The position numbers and the translations under genes are program-made. Of a DNA stretch of 50,489 nt, positions 17,444 through 28,600 are shown piece after piece; the first letter of the stretch is position 1, and each line of letters starts with the position of its first letter. The stretch covers positions 1 to 50,489 of IMG/VR virus record IMGVR_UViG_3300011339_000406; one strand, 5' to 3'. This DNA comes from a virus (taxonomy: Duplodnaviria; Caudoviricetes). Under the pieces are notes generated by a model that was not told the origin of the DNA, ran no database searches, and was given only the letters and a program-made list of their open reading frames with translations.

Positions 17444-17743
17444 ATGGCTCAAAAAAACGTAGTCGCCCCCCGGCTTCCTGCCGCCCCAGAAGAATATGAC
17501 CCTCGGGCGTTTAACGAGCTTTTTCGGGTTATTTCGATATACTTCAGGCAATTGGACAACAAAGGCCCCATAGCTGCCGGGACTCAACGGGATGGGACTG
17601 AAGTAATTGCGGCTTTAAGTTTTCCGCCCAATGTTGGGGCAACTGCGCCTAGCTTGCCAACACAAACCGAACTAGCCAATTTGCGGGTTGGGGACATCTA
17701 TTACGACACGACTGCTGGTAACGTACTAAAGGTAAAAACATGA
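17444..17743 (+). CDS. Hypothetical virion protein
   Basis: PRLPAAPEEYD...IYFRQLDN; ATGA overlap with the next gene. Confidence 0.7.
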   Translation: MAQKNVVAPRLPAAPEEYDPRAFNELFRVISIYFRQLDNKGPIAAGTQRDGTEVIAALSFPPNVGATAPSLPTQTELANLRVGDIYYDTTAGNVLKVKT

Positions 17744-19929
17744 GCCTTCAACTTGTCGCCAATCACTTAGCCCAAAAGGGCAGAGGCCCAGACTCCACCC
17801 TTGTCCATATGACCCCCGGAGAGGTAGCGAGCTTGCAATCTTTGGCTCAACAACATGGTGGCTCTCTAAGTATTAACCCTCAGACTGGACTCCCCGAGGC
17901 TGGGTTTTTGTCTGCTCTGCTGCCTATGGCGGCTGGTGCTGGGTTGGCGGCTATGGGTATGCCTTCTGGCTACGCTGCGTTGGCTGTTGGTGCTACGTCT
18001 GCTGCGACCAATGGTGGAAATATGAGAGAAGCCATGAAGGATGGTTTTTTAGCATACTCTGGCGCGGGCGTAGCCGATTCGTTTATGGGGGCCGGTGCGG
18101 CTATGCAAAGTGGTGCGGCTACTTCTGCTACGGCTCCTACGGTGCTTGAGACTTCTGCGGGTGCAACATCTCCATACGCCCTTACTGGTTCTTCTACCGC
18201 GCCTTCAACTGCTGGCTATTCTTTGGGGGAGTCGAGCAGCTTCCTTAATAAACCCTTACCCACACTGGCCAGCGCAGCACCAGCCGAAGTAGCTCAAGCA
18301 GCGGCAGCGGCAACCCCTGCGGCCCAACAAGCGGCAGCATTGGAGAGTATGGACATGAGCCAGCGTTTTGACGCGCTCAAAGCTGGAGCCAGCGGTTCCA
18401 ATGCAATGAAATACATCAAGGCCAATCCATTTACGTCTTTGGGCGTGGCCTCTATTGCAATGACCCCGGATGAGAACAAAACGCCCCAAAAGGCTACAGA
18501 CAGCGACCGTGGGCCTAGGGCTGGACTTAACTACTACCCTAACTGGAGCAATCCAACTCCTAAACCCAACATGCAAGGTATCGAGCAGACCTACAACCGC
18601 CCCTACTACGCTGCCGAGGGTGGCGTTACGCACATGGCTGAAGGCGGCAGCACGGGAGGTAAAGACTACGATGGCGTAGCAATGAGTCCCGCTATCCGTG
18701 AACTGCTAGCCCAACACGACAGAAGCCTGCGCGAAATTCAACGCTTGAAAGCCCAACAGGTGGGCGCTCCCCCTGCACCGCTCGACCAGAAACAACTCTT
18801 CGCCGACTACCTCAAGCGGGTAGCAGGAGGAACAGGAGCGGGAACGGGAACGGGGATAGAAGTTGCGCCAAAACCGGGGACTGGGGTTGAGACTGAAACA
18901 CCCAAAGTTGAGTTACCTTTCCTTGAAACCCCTGTGGCTAGCAATACGCGAGGTGGTGGCGGTGGTGGGCGTGGGAGTGACTCAGAAGGCCCAAGCGCAT
19001 GGTCGCAGATGACACCTGAAGAACGCGCAGCTTACTATGCAGAACACCCGACTGAAGGAAAGTTAGCTCTTTTAGGTCAAGACGCGTTGGGGTATACCAC
19101 TCTAGGGCTGTTGGCTAAAGCCGTAGGTAAGGATAAGTGGTACGACAGCAGGTTGGAAAAAATGGGCGTAAATCCAACCATAAGCTTAGAAAAACAAAAC
19201 CAAATCGCCGGTACTGCAATGCAAAAAGCGTTGGACTCGCAAGCGGCTACTCAGGCTCAGCAACAAGCAATAACTGAGGCAAATAAAACAAGTACAGTTT
19301 TTGGCGGTTACCCCAACGGTGCTCCAAATCCATACAGCATGGGGCCGGGAACTCCGGGATTTAATGCTGTACCTACAGGCCCAACTAGAGGAGCCTTTCT
19401 TCCAACACCTCTAGGTACTAATGCTGCACCAACTGACGGTGGTGCGCCTCCAAGTGGTGGCGGTGGCGGTGGCAATAAAAGCAGTGATGGCGGGAATGGT
19501 GGTGGGTATAGCGGAGCGCCAAGTGCGGGTTCTGACGTAGGACGAAGTCCTCCGGGGTCTGCGCACACAGATGCCCAAGGCGGCTACCTGCAACACGGTA
19601 AATTTGACCAGCGCATGGCCCAAGGCGGACTCTCCGACCCCTACGACCTAGGCTCGTACTCTGACGGTGGTCGGTTGCTCAAGGGCCCCGGTGACGGTGT
19701 GTCCGATTCCATCCCTGCCACTATTGGTAAGGGACGCCCTGCTCGGTTAGCTGACGGTGAGTTTGTGATTCCAGCCCGTATCGTCTCTGAGATTGGCAAC
19801 GGCTCCACTGATGCTGGTGCACGTAAGCTGTACGCCATGATGGACCGAATCCAAGCTGGGCGCAAGAAGTCTGTGGGTAAAAACAAGGTGGCGGTAAATA
19901 GCCGTGCCGACAAGCACCTGCCCGCATGA
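17740..19929 (+). CDS. Putative internal virion/ejection protein
   Basis: GRGPDSTLVHM...INPQTGLPEA N-domain and GPGDGVSDSIPA...LADGEFVIPA C-domain joined by a low-complexity A/G/P linker with xxGG motifs. Confidence 0.65.
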   Translation: MSLQLVANHLAQKGRGPDSTLVHMTPGEVASLQSLAQQHGGSLSINPQTGLPEAGFLSALLPMAAGAGLAAMGMPSGYAALAVGATSAATNGGNMREAMKDGFLAYSGAGVADSFMGAGAAMQSGAATSATAPTVLETSAGATSPYALTGSSTAPSTAGYSLGESSSFLNKPLPTLASAAPAEVAQAAAAATPAAQQAAALESMDMSQRFDALKAGASGSNAMKYIKANPFTSLGVASIAMTPDENKTPQKATDSDRGPRAGLNYYPNWSNPTPKPNMQGIEQTYNRPYYAAEGGVTHMAEGGSTGGKDYDGVAMSPAIRELLAQHDRSLREIQRLKAQQVGAPPAPLDQKQLFADYLKRVAGGTGAGTGTGIEVAPKPGTGVETETPKVELPFLETPVASNTRGGGGGGRGSDSEGPSAWSQMTPEERAAYYAEHPTEGKLALLGQDALGYTTLGLLAKAVGKDKWYDSRLEKMGVNPTISLEKQNQIAGTAMQKALDSQAATQAQQQAITEANKTSTVFGGYPNGAPNPYSMGPGTPGFNAVPTGPTRGAFLPTPLGTNAAPTDGGAPPSGGGGGGNKSSDGGNGGGYSGAPSAGSDVGRSPPGSAHTDAQGGYLQHGKFDQRMAQGGLSDPYDLGSYSDGGRLLKGPGDGVSDSIPATIGKGRPARLADGEFVIPARIVSEIGNGSTDAGARKLYAMMDRIQAGRKKSVGKNKVAVNSRADKHLPA

Positions 19930-20384
19930 CGGTAACGTATCAGACCGAAGACCCCGCCGAGTTTATTGAGGCGCTGAAGGGGGTTTTGCCTGAGCACTAC
20001 GATGAGTTGTGCGTTACCAAAGACTTTCCACTCATGCCCGACTACGAGGCATATGGGCGGCTCCATGTAGCGGGGATGTTGCGCTGCATTACAGTTAAAG
20101 AGGATAATGAGCTAATTGGTTACGCAATTTTTATAGTGCATCCACACCTGCACTATCGGTCATGCATAACTGCCTTTGAGGATATTTACTTCCTGAAGAA
20201 GGAACACCGCAAGGGCCGAGTAGGAATCCGTCTGTTCCAGTTCGCTGAAGACGTGCTTAAAAAAGAAGGTGTTCATAGGATAATCATGCACACGAAAATC
20301 CATATGGACAACACGCATCTGTTTGAGTACCTCGGGTACAAGCTTACTGACAAGCTATTTACAAAGATTCTGGAGAAGGTATGA
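19926..20384 (+). CDS. GNAT-family acyltransferase
   Basis: LIGYAIF...EDIYFLKKEHRKGRVGIRLF (acyl-CoA binding motif A)...LFEYLGY. Confidence 0.85.
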   Translation: MTVTYQTEDPAEFIEALKGVLPEHYDELCVTKDFPLMPDYEAYGRLHVAGMLRCITVKEDNELIGYAIFIVHPHLHYRSCITAFEDIYFLKKEHRKGRVGIRLFQFAEDVLKKEGVHRIIMHTKIHMDNTHLFEYLGYKLTDKLFTKILEKV

Positions 20385-22690
20385 GCTACTCTCGCCGTCA
20401 ACTCTACGCAATGGGTGAGCCCCTTGGAGATTCCGCAACATATCGTAAAGCCGGTGGAGGCTTAGTTTGCGGTGGAGGTGGAGGTGGTGGAGGTAGTCCT
20501 TCCAGTACTACTATAAGTTCCGCTGAACTCCCAGACTGGGCTCGGGGGTATGCCAAAAACACGTTGGCCGATGCAGCCAAGCTCACGGACATCAATAAGA
20601 ATCCGTACAAGGCTTACGACCAACCTCGGATTGCTGGGTTCTCCCCCATGCAGGAGCAGGCACAAACGGCAGCTTCAAACATGTCGGCTGGGCCAGAAGC
20701 GTTCCAGAAAAACATGAGTTCGTACATGTCCCCGTACATGCAAAATGTAGTGGACGTACAAAAGCAAGAGGCTGCTCGGCAATCGGGAATTATGGGTACG
20801 CAGCAGCAAGCGCAAGCCGCTCAGTCCGGTGCTTTTGGTGGTGGTCGAGATGCCATCATGCGGGCAGAACGTGAACGTAACCTTGGTCAGCAGATGAACC
20901 AAATTCAAGCGCAGGGCTCCCAAGCTGCGTACGACCAAGCTGCAAATCAGTTCCGTCAAGGTATTACCCAAGACACGGCTATTAATCAGTTGCAAAACCA
21001 ATACGGCGGTCAGCAGCAACAGCAAGCACAACGGGGTCTGGACCTTGGGTATCAAGACTTCTTGAACCAACAGAACTATCCCTACAAGCAGATTGGCTTC
21101 ATGTCCGACTTGGTTCGGGGCTTGCCGTTGGGTCAGCAATCTACAGCATCCATGTATCAGGCTCCCCCGTCGATGATGCAGAACGTCGGTGCTTTAGGCA
21201 TGGGCGCGTATGGCGCAAAGCAGTTGGGTATGTTTGCTGATGGTGGGCAGGTAGATAGCTACGCTGGCGGTGGTAAAGTCAATGCAATGAACGACCAGAA
21301 CCAGATGGCCGACGCAGTGGACAAGCTCACCGACGAGCAGCTACAGCAAATCATTCAAAACCCATCCAGCGCAGCCGAACTTGAAGCAGCCAAGATGGAA
21401 CTAGCTACCCGTGCCTCTGAACGAGGTGGACTTGCCGGTGCTTACAACATGGCCCAAGGCGGCATGGTTGCTTTTGCTCATGGGGGCATTCCCGGATACA
21501 AGGGTGGAGTTTTTGTACGTTCAAACGCAGACGAAGAGTCTGACTATGTAAACACTGCAAACGTGAACGACGAACTAGATGCACTTAGCGAAGACGGAAT
21601 AGCCGCACTTGAACGAGACCAAATCTATTCGGCAGGAAATGCGCCTATGTACAACCGATTTGGTACAAGGCTTGAAAAGGCACTTAACGATAACGATGCT
21701 GCGCCCAATGTAGCACTGCGTACTGACCAAGAAATGGAAGATGCAGCGTTAGCTAGATTTGGACGTTTGAACGAAAGAATTGGTGGGGATAAAAGCTACG
21801 CGGATATCCAAAAGCAAATTGCTGATATGCGCGGGGAGAACGAAGGCTCATTAAAAGAGGCCAGAGGTTTAGCTGCGCTTCAAGGAATGGGCGCAATGCT
21901 TGAAGGTAATGATTTTGCAAGGGCTGCTGGTAAAGCTGCTGCTACTTCTGCCTCTGCATACGCTCCTGCACTGGCTGCTAAACGTAAGGCAGACCAATCT
22001 TTCACTGAGATGAACATTAATTTGGCTAAAGCTCAACGCGCAGAAAAAGCGGGTCTACTTAAAGAAGCCGACATGTACACGCAGAACGCAGAAGCCAACA
22101 AAATTAACGCCAATAAGGCAGCCACAGCATCACGTAAAGCGGGCCTTGAAGCCTTGGCACAAGCAATGCGGGCTACTAAACCTAACCTACCTAGGCCTGC
22201 CGCTGCGGCTAAACCCGGCGATATGAGCTTGTATGCACAAGGTACTCCTGAGCAACGAGCGTTGTATAACGAATTTTTAGAGAAGAAAGGCGCGGGTCTT
22301 GCTGGAGTAATGGCCGGTGTTACAGGTAGAACTGATACTGCGGAAGCAACAGACCTTAGAGCTCGTGACGAAGCTGCGGGCAAAGCAAGTAATGAGGCAG
22401 CAAAACTTCTGAAGAACACAGCCGCCTATAGAGAAGCATTAGACAACGATAAACGTAACGGAACTAAGACCGCTGAAGCTATGGAAAAACAAACGCGGGA
22501 CACTGCTGAAGCTGGGTTCTATAGAAATGCTAGACCTAAAACGGATACAAGCGAAACGGCTAAAACTGCCAAGCCCGATATTAGTAAGGTAGAAGGTGCA
22601 CCTGCTGGTAGTACCGTTGGGGATTACGTGCAAGGCAAAGGCTACAAGGTGTTAGACTCTAAAGGCAAGCATATCGGGTTTGTCCAGTAA
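20381..22690 (+). CDS. DNA ejection/pilot protein (P22 gp7-like N-terminal region)
   Basis: Leader plus poly-Gly, then Q-rich helical region with YMSPYMQNVVD, GAFGGGR and YQDFLNQQNYPY motifs. Confidence 0.65.
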   Translation: MSYSRRQLYAMGEPLGDSATYRKAGGGLVCGGGGGGGGSPSSTTISSAELPDWARGYAKNTLADAAKLTDINKNPYKAYDQPRIAGFSPMQEQAQTAASNMSAGPEAFQKNMSSYMSPYMQNVVDVQKQEAARQSGIMGTQQQAQAAQSGAFGGGRDAIMRAERERNLGQQMNQIQAQGSQAAYDQAANQFRQGITQDTAINQLQNQYGGQQQQQAQRGLDLGYQDFLNQQNYPYKQIGFMSDLVRGLPLGQQSTASMYQAPPSMMQNVGALGMGAYGAKQLGMFADGGQVDSYAGGGKVNAMNDQNQMADAVDKLTDEQLQQIIQNPSSAAELEAAKMELATRASERGGLAGAYNMAQGGMVAFAHGGIPGYKGGVFVRSNADEESDYVNTANVNDELDALSEDGIAALERDQIYSAGNAPMYNRFGTRLEKALNDNDAAPNVALRTDQEMEDAALARFGRLNERIGGDKSYADIQKQIADMRGENEGSLKEARGLAALQGMGAMLEGNDFARAAGKAAATSASAYAPALAAKRKADQSFTEMNINLAKAQRAEKAGLLKEADMYTQNAEANKINANKAATASRKAGLEALAQAMRATKPNLPRPAAAAKPGDMSLYAQGTPEQRALYNEFLEKKGAGLAGVMAGVTGRTDTAEATDLRARDEAAGKASNEAAKLLKNTAAYREALDNDKRNGTKTAEAMEKQTRDTAEAGFYRNARPKTDTSETAKTAKPDISKVEGAPAGSTVGDYVQGKGYKVLDSKGKHIGFVQ

Positions 22691-22699
22691 GGAACTGCA

Positions 22700-25600
22700 A
22701 TGAAATTTGTTCCTCTTTCAGAGGTGGAGTCTGACGTTGGTGAGGCTGCGCCCGCTAAAGCGTTCAAATTTGTCCCCCTAGATGCAGCCCCTGCTACTTC
22801 CTCAACCGCCGCACAAAACTTAGCCGAGGCGCAAGCTAGGCAAGACGTAGCTTCAAAAGGGCCAGAGCAAGTCTCAATACCCCAAGCAGAGTTGGCTGCT
22901 GCGGAAAAAAATGCTGCTGCGCTTAGGAGAGAGCTAGCGCGTAAGGGTGTAGATGTTGGTGCGCCTCCTGCTATTGGGAGCAGCAAGGCCGGGGATTTTT
23001 TACGCGCCCAAGCGCAAGGCCAACAACCCGCCCCCGCCGCTGCGGTAACTCCCGCACCACCTTCCGCCCCTGTGGTAGCCCCCGCCCTTGCTCCTAAACC
23101 CGTAGTCGGTGGTCGGTTTGGTGCCCTTGGTGTTGGCCCCGCCGCACGCCCTGCGCCGCCACAATTGTCTGCATTGGAAAAAGCGCCCAAGGTAGCTCCT
23201 GTAGTGTCTGAGACCCAAACAGCCCTCAACATGGCTGGGGTCAGCCCGCAGTACGTAGCTTCCCTAAAAGCCGAGTTCTATCAGCTACCACCTACCCAAC
23301 GAGTTGCCGCATTGCAGCAAGCAATTGAAGCTAACCCACCCAACACGGTGAAGGGCCGTGCGGTACGCGCAGTAGCAGCAGAAGACGAGGCTTGGAAAGC
23401 GGCAACAAGCAGGACTTCCTCTGCTCGACTCCTCAGCCCTCGGATAGAAGACATAGCGGCGAACATCCAAGCCAAATACCCTGAGCGCCCTGCTGAGCTA
23501 GTCTTGTTGGATGCGCAAAGAGCTATAGACCAAGGACGTAGTGATGTTGATTACGACACCATGCAAAGAGATGTGGTTGGCGAACAAGCTGCTGCCGCCG
23601 CTGAGCAACAAGCTAAAGAACTTGAAGACGCTGGGTTAGCCAGACGTGCGGGTGCTGGGGCTTTATCGGGGGCTAAGAAAAGCGTTGCTGGGCTGGCTCA
23701 GTTTGGGGCTGACCTTTGGGGGGATAAAGAGTTCTCTCAGGAACTAGCAAACACGCAACGCATAGAAGGCGCTAAGTCTGCTGCAATCCCTCAAGGGGAA
23801 GGTGTTTTTGATAAGTCACTTCAAGGGGCAGTTACAAGCCTTGCAACGCAAGCACCTTTCTTGGTGTTGAGTGCCTTGACTGGTTCTCCCGCGCCCGTAA
23901 TGGCACAAGCGGGCCTTGCTACATTTGGAGAAAAATACGGAGAAGGTAAAGCTGCGGGCCTTGGTACTGCAAAATCTGCTATACGGGCAATACCAATGGC
24001 TGCGGCAGAAGTATTTTTTGAGCGTTTTGGTATGACCAAAGCCCTTGGTGGGCTAAAAGCGCATATAGCTAAATACGGTGAAGATAGCGTATATAAGTAC
24101 GTAGCAAAGGCTATAGCAACAGAGCTACCTTCTGAGATGGCTACTACCATATCGCAATACGGTATTGACGTATTGCCCGGTATAGGTCTGAACAAAAAAC
24201 CTAGCCTTATTGACCTGTACCAACAAGTAGAAGAAACGCTACGTCAAACAGTGCTACAAGCCGGAATTACCGCAGGGGCTACTGTGGCTACGGTAAAGGG
24301 CGTTCAAGGTGCTAGAGCTACCCCACAAGCAATAGATGCAGCAAAAGAACGACTCCGCGAAACCGCTAACCAAATAGTCGGCATAGAAAAAACCAACGAG
24401 ATACTTGGCCTTCGTGAAGGTGCATATGAGCGTCCGGGGGAAATAAGCCCAGCCAAGCTCATGGCAGAAATGAAACGAACTCCTTTTGCCTCTAGTTCAG
24501 GTGCCTTGAACGTACCCTCTGTAGAAAAAACCGTTGCTGAACCCAGACTAGGGGACATAGCAAACACGGGTATGCAAGAGGAAGAAGAACCCGGACTGCG
24601 TAGTTTTAAAAATCTAGGAGTGCAAGAGGAAGAAGAACCACCGTTGTTCGCCCCTCCAAACCCAGTAAAAGCAGAAGCGCAACGCAAAGAAGCTGTGACT
24701 GCTCTGGCCAACCGAATTGAACAAGAGCAGGGTATTCCTATTGAGGATGCCGAGCGGATTGCAGCCAATGATATTGCAGCTACCGAGGCGCAATACCGCC
24801 GCATTGCCGGTAAAGGTGTAGACCTGACCCGGATGGAAGAGATTGCACGTTCGCATATAGTGGCTGGTTACCCCCCTCCGGTCGCTATGGAGATGGCCGC
24901 AAAAGCGGTCCAAGAAGAACGCGCCGCCGACGCACTTGCTAAAGAAACAGGAGCACTAGATGTTAGAAAACCTAAGTCCAAAACAAGTAGAAGAGGCGCT
25001 GGCGTGGCTGGCGAGCCCGGAGTTGGAGCCCCCGCAGGACCTGAAACAACTACACGAGATGGAGTGGTTTCTACTGAGTCGGATGCTGGACTCGCTCCTA
25101 CAGGAGAAGCACCACAGCCCGGTGCACTAACTGAAACCGAAGGAACCATTGATGGCACTGAAACCGTTAAAACCGAGCAAACAGAAACGCAAGGACAAGA
25201 AAAACCCGCCGCAGTAGGTAAACCTCCCAAAGCGCCCAAGCCCGTAAAGGTAAAGGAAGCCAAGGGGGATGTGCATACGTTTGAAGAAGCGCAAGAAAAC
25301 AATGCACTTGGTAAACCTGTCAAAACCGGGTACAACTTACTCATCAACGGCGAAAAAGTTGGTACGTACAAAACCAAGCGCCAAGCTGTTGCTGCGTCTA
25401 ACCTAACCAAAGCGGAAAAGACAGGCAATGCTGAACTGATTGCCAAGAACAAGAAAGCCTACGACGATGCAATTGCATCGACTGGCGCTGGCCGACCACC
25501 AAAGGTCTATCCAAGACAAAAGCCTCCCACTGCTACCGCCCCCGCTGTTGAGTCTGAAGAAGCCAAAGCTAAGCGGGAGATGGACGAGGCTAGAGCCGAA

Positions 25601-28600
25601 GCTGCTGCGCAAGAAGAGTCCGACCGTAAAAAAGCGGAAGACTTTGAAGCCAGCACCGCTCCAAAAGCTGAAGGCCCTATTACGGTAGTTGAAACCCAAC
25701 TACTTAGGGGGGATGCGCTTACCGGCGCATCCACAAAGGTCAAGCTATCCGATGGTAGCGAGCACGAAATTAACCGCCAAGACTCTATTACCAGTATGGG
25801 GCTACCGGGGTGGCATGACGTAAATGCCGATACGATAAACAGCTATTTAGCGGATACCAAAGCTGAAGCCATCAAAGAACTAATCCGTCGGCAGGAAAAA
25901 AAGCGTGGAACGGCTAAAAAACCCAAGGGTAAAAAAGCCACCTCCGCCTCTGAAGCCCTTGAGACGGAAGCTAAGGAAAAGCTGGAAGAGCTAGAAGACC
26001 TGCTCAAGAACTACAACACAAACCCTGATGTTGCTAGCGCCAAAGCTTCTGCGCAAAGGATATACCGCATAGCCAACGACCTCGGCGCGCCTAAAGCAGT
26101 TCGGGACCGGGCTAAGAAAATCTTGGCGGACGAGATTGATGTTAAGGATATTGTCACGCAGAACAAAGATGCCATCCGCACTTCTTCTGCTGTGCTGCCC
26201 GGAGCTACGCCAGATGCAAAATTTGCTGAGTTCAAAAACGCCTCACAGGCTATTGCGCATGTAATCAAAACTGGTACTAAGTTTCAGCAAGCGTTGGGCA
26301 ATCGCCTGCGCGGGTTTGTCAACGGAGTCAAGTTTGTAGTGGTCGAGAAAGACCAGAAGGTTCCTGAAGGATTGACTGGTGCGCGTATTGCCAAGCGGTG
26401 GGAAAAATCCATTGCTATGTACGTGGAGAACTACGATACCGGTGAACGCACTGTCTATGTCCGAGGCGCATCCTTTGGCAATCGCCAAGGCCTGAACAAC
26501 ACAACCGTGCTGCATGAACTGCTGCATGCGGCTACAAGTCGGAAGCTTGACCTAGGACTACAAGCTATTAAAGACGGCGCGTCTAGAAGCACAAAGCTCG
26601 TGCGAGATACGATTAAGCTGGTGGAGCTCATGCACAGTTCCGGTAGGCTGTTTAACGACCTCATCAAGCAAGGTAAAGCCACTGAGAGCATGCGGCTGTT
26701 GAACGCATACGGGGATGTATTTTCTGACCCCAAAGAATTCTTAGCCTACGGCATGACCGACGAGGACATGCAGAACTTCCTCATCCAAGCCCACGGGTAC
26801 GAAGAAGACACTCCGTTCTTTACTCGGTTTGTCCGCGCCCTGCGCGACATGTTTGGCATGGGTGAGAACGACACAAACGCTTTGTCTGACCTGATTGTGG
26901 TGTCGGACAGCATCCTATCCACTCGGGTGCCGGTGGCCCAACGTACGGCGGGCATTAGCCTGAGCAGCGCAACAACCAAAGCTAGGCCCAGCGTCAATCA
27001 GCAACGGCTAGCCAAAATGCTCGGCAACAAGCTGTACGGTTCTCCCCAAGACATTGCCAAAGTGTCCATCAAGGAACTGTTCCAAAACGCATTTGACGCC
27101 ATTAAAGAGGCTATGGAAAAGAGTGGGCTTACCTTGGGCAAGGTGAACATCAAAATAGATGACAAGACCCGCACCATCACGGTGATTGACAACGGCCCCG
27201 GTATGCCTACTAGTGTGATGGGCGGGCAGTTCTTGCAAATTGCAGGTACGGTCAAAGGTACAGACCGCGCTTCTGGTGGCCTTGGTGTTGCCAAGATGCT
27301 GTTCTTGTTCGAGAACGATAATCTGGAAGTTGTTTCCCTGCGTAATGGGGTTGTGTCCCGCATGGTCACCACTGGGGATGAGCTTAAAGCTGCTATGGCG
27401 GCAAACCCAGTTACTCTTTTTGAACAACTAAAAGATTTTCTTTCCCCGGAAGACATTGAAGTTATTGCGCCCGCAATACAAGCATCTATTGCTCGTATGC
27501 GGGAAAGTGGAGAAGTTGTACCTGAAATAAAAATTGAAACTTCAAACGACCCTGAAACGGTTGAGAAGTACACCAAGACTATGTTCCCCGATGGGCATGG
27601 TACTGCGGTGGTTGTGCAGATACCCAAGACCTACACAGACACAACTACTGGGGACGAAAAGGTAATTGACTTTAACAAATATGACCTCAAGGATATTCCA
27701 GTTTTAACCGACAGCCCTTTGTTCGGGGATATTGAGGTTACTGTTGATTTAGGGCGTAGCGCGGATACGTTACCTGTAGGGGCAAACTTTCCCAAAGATA
27801 AGTACACGTCGTTTGCCAACGTCAAATTTAATTGGGGTGTTGCCCGCATATACGTAAGCAAAGAAAAACCCACACAGGGCATGTGGGATGGGAACACTTT
27901 TGTGTTATCTAATGGGCTGTGGCAGTTCACAAACAACATGAAGGACCGTCCGGGTTGGGATGGCAAACAAATAAAACGTAAGTTTTACATCGACGTTTCC
28001 CCTGCGAGCAACATAAAGCCAGAAGACCCTGCGTACCCGTTTGAGTTGAACCGCCAAGGTTTTTCTAAGACCGCCGAAAAAGACTTCAAGAAGATATACA
28101 ACTACATCACTGCCATTTATGGGCAGTTGGATTTAGCGCAAGGCGTAAAAAACTTTGGTACGGTTCAATACATGAACTTGGATGGCACACTGTCTAAGGC
28201 CGAAGTACTCGAACCAAAAACGCCCCCTACAGATACTGCGTTTACGCTAATCAAACCCACCGATAAAGTGGAGATTAAAGATGGCGTGATGTACGTAAAC
28301 AACCGGGCAGTGCCTGAGTTGACCAACGATGACTTGTCTAAAACTAGTGTACGTATTGATGAGCTAACCATACCGCAAGACGAACTTGACCCCGGTCGAG
28401 TTATGGTGCACGACAACACCGCATATGCACAACCAGATAAAAAATCTGCGGGAGAAATACTAGATGAATTTGTAGGTAAAAATCCTGAAGAGTTTGCAAT
28501 ACAGTGGAGTTCAACCTTTGATGTAACAGGCCTTAAAGTTTTTGCCCTAGACAAATCAGGGAACAGGGCTACGTTGGATAAAGAATTACAGGGTGATGCT

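Noticed and set aside
24573-24639. 19-nt direct repeat TGCAAGAGGAAGAAGAACC (24573 and 24621)
   Set aside because: In-frame local duplication (QEEEEP twice) in a linker; no sign of a mobile or regulatory role.
23541-25994. Other +1-frame ORFs in the giant gene (23544, 25440, 25905)
   Set aside because: Weak or absent SD and K/L/P-rich composition typical of shadows of E/A/K-rich coding sequence.
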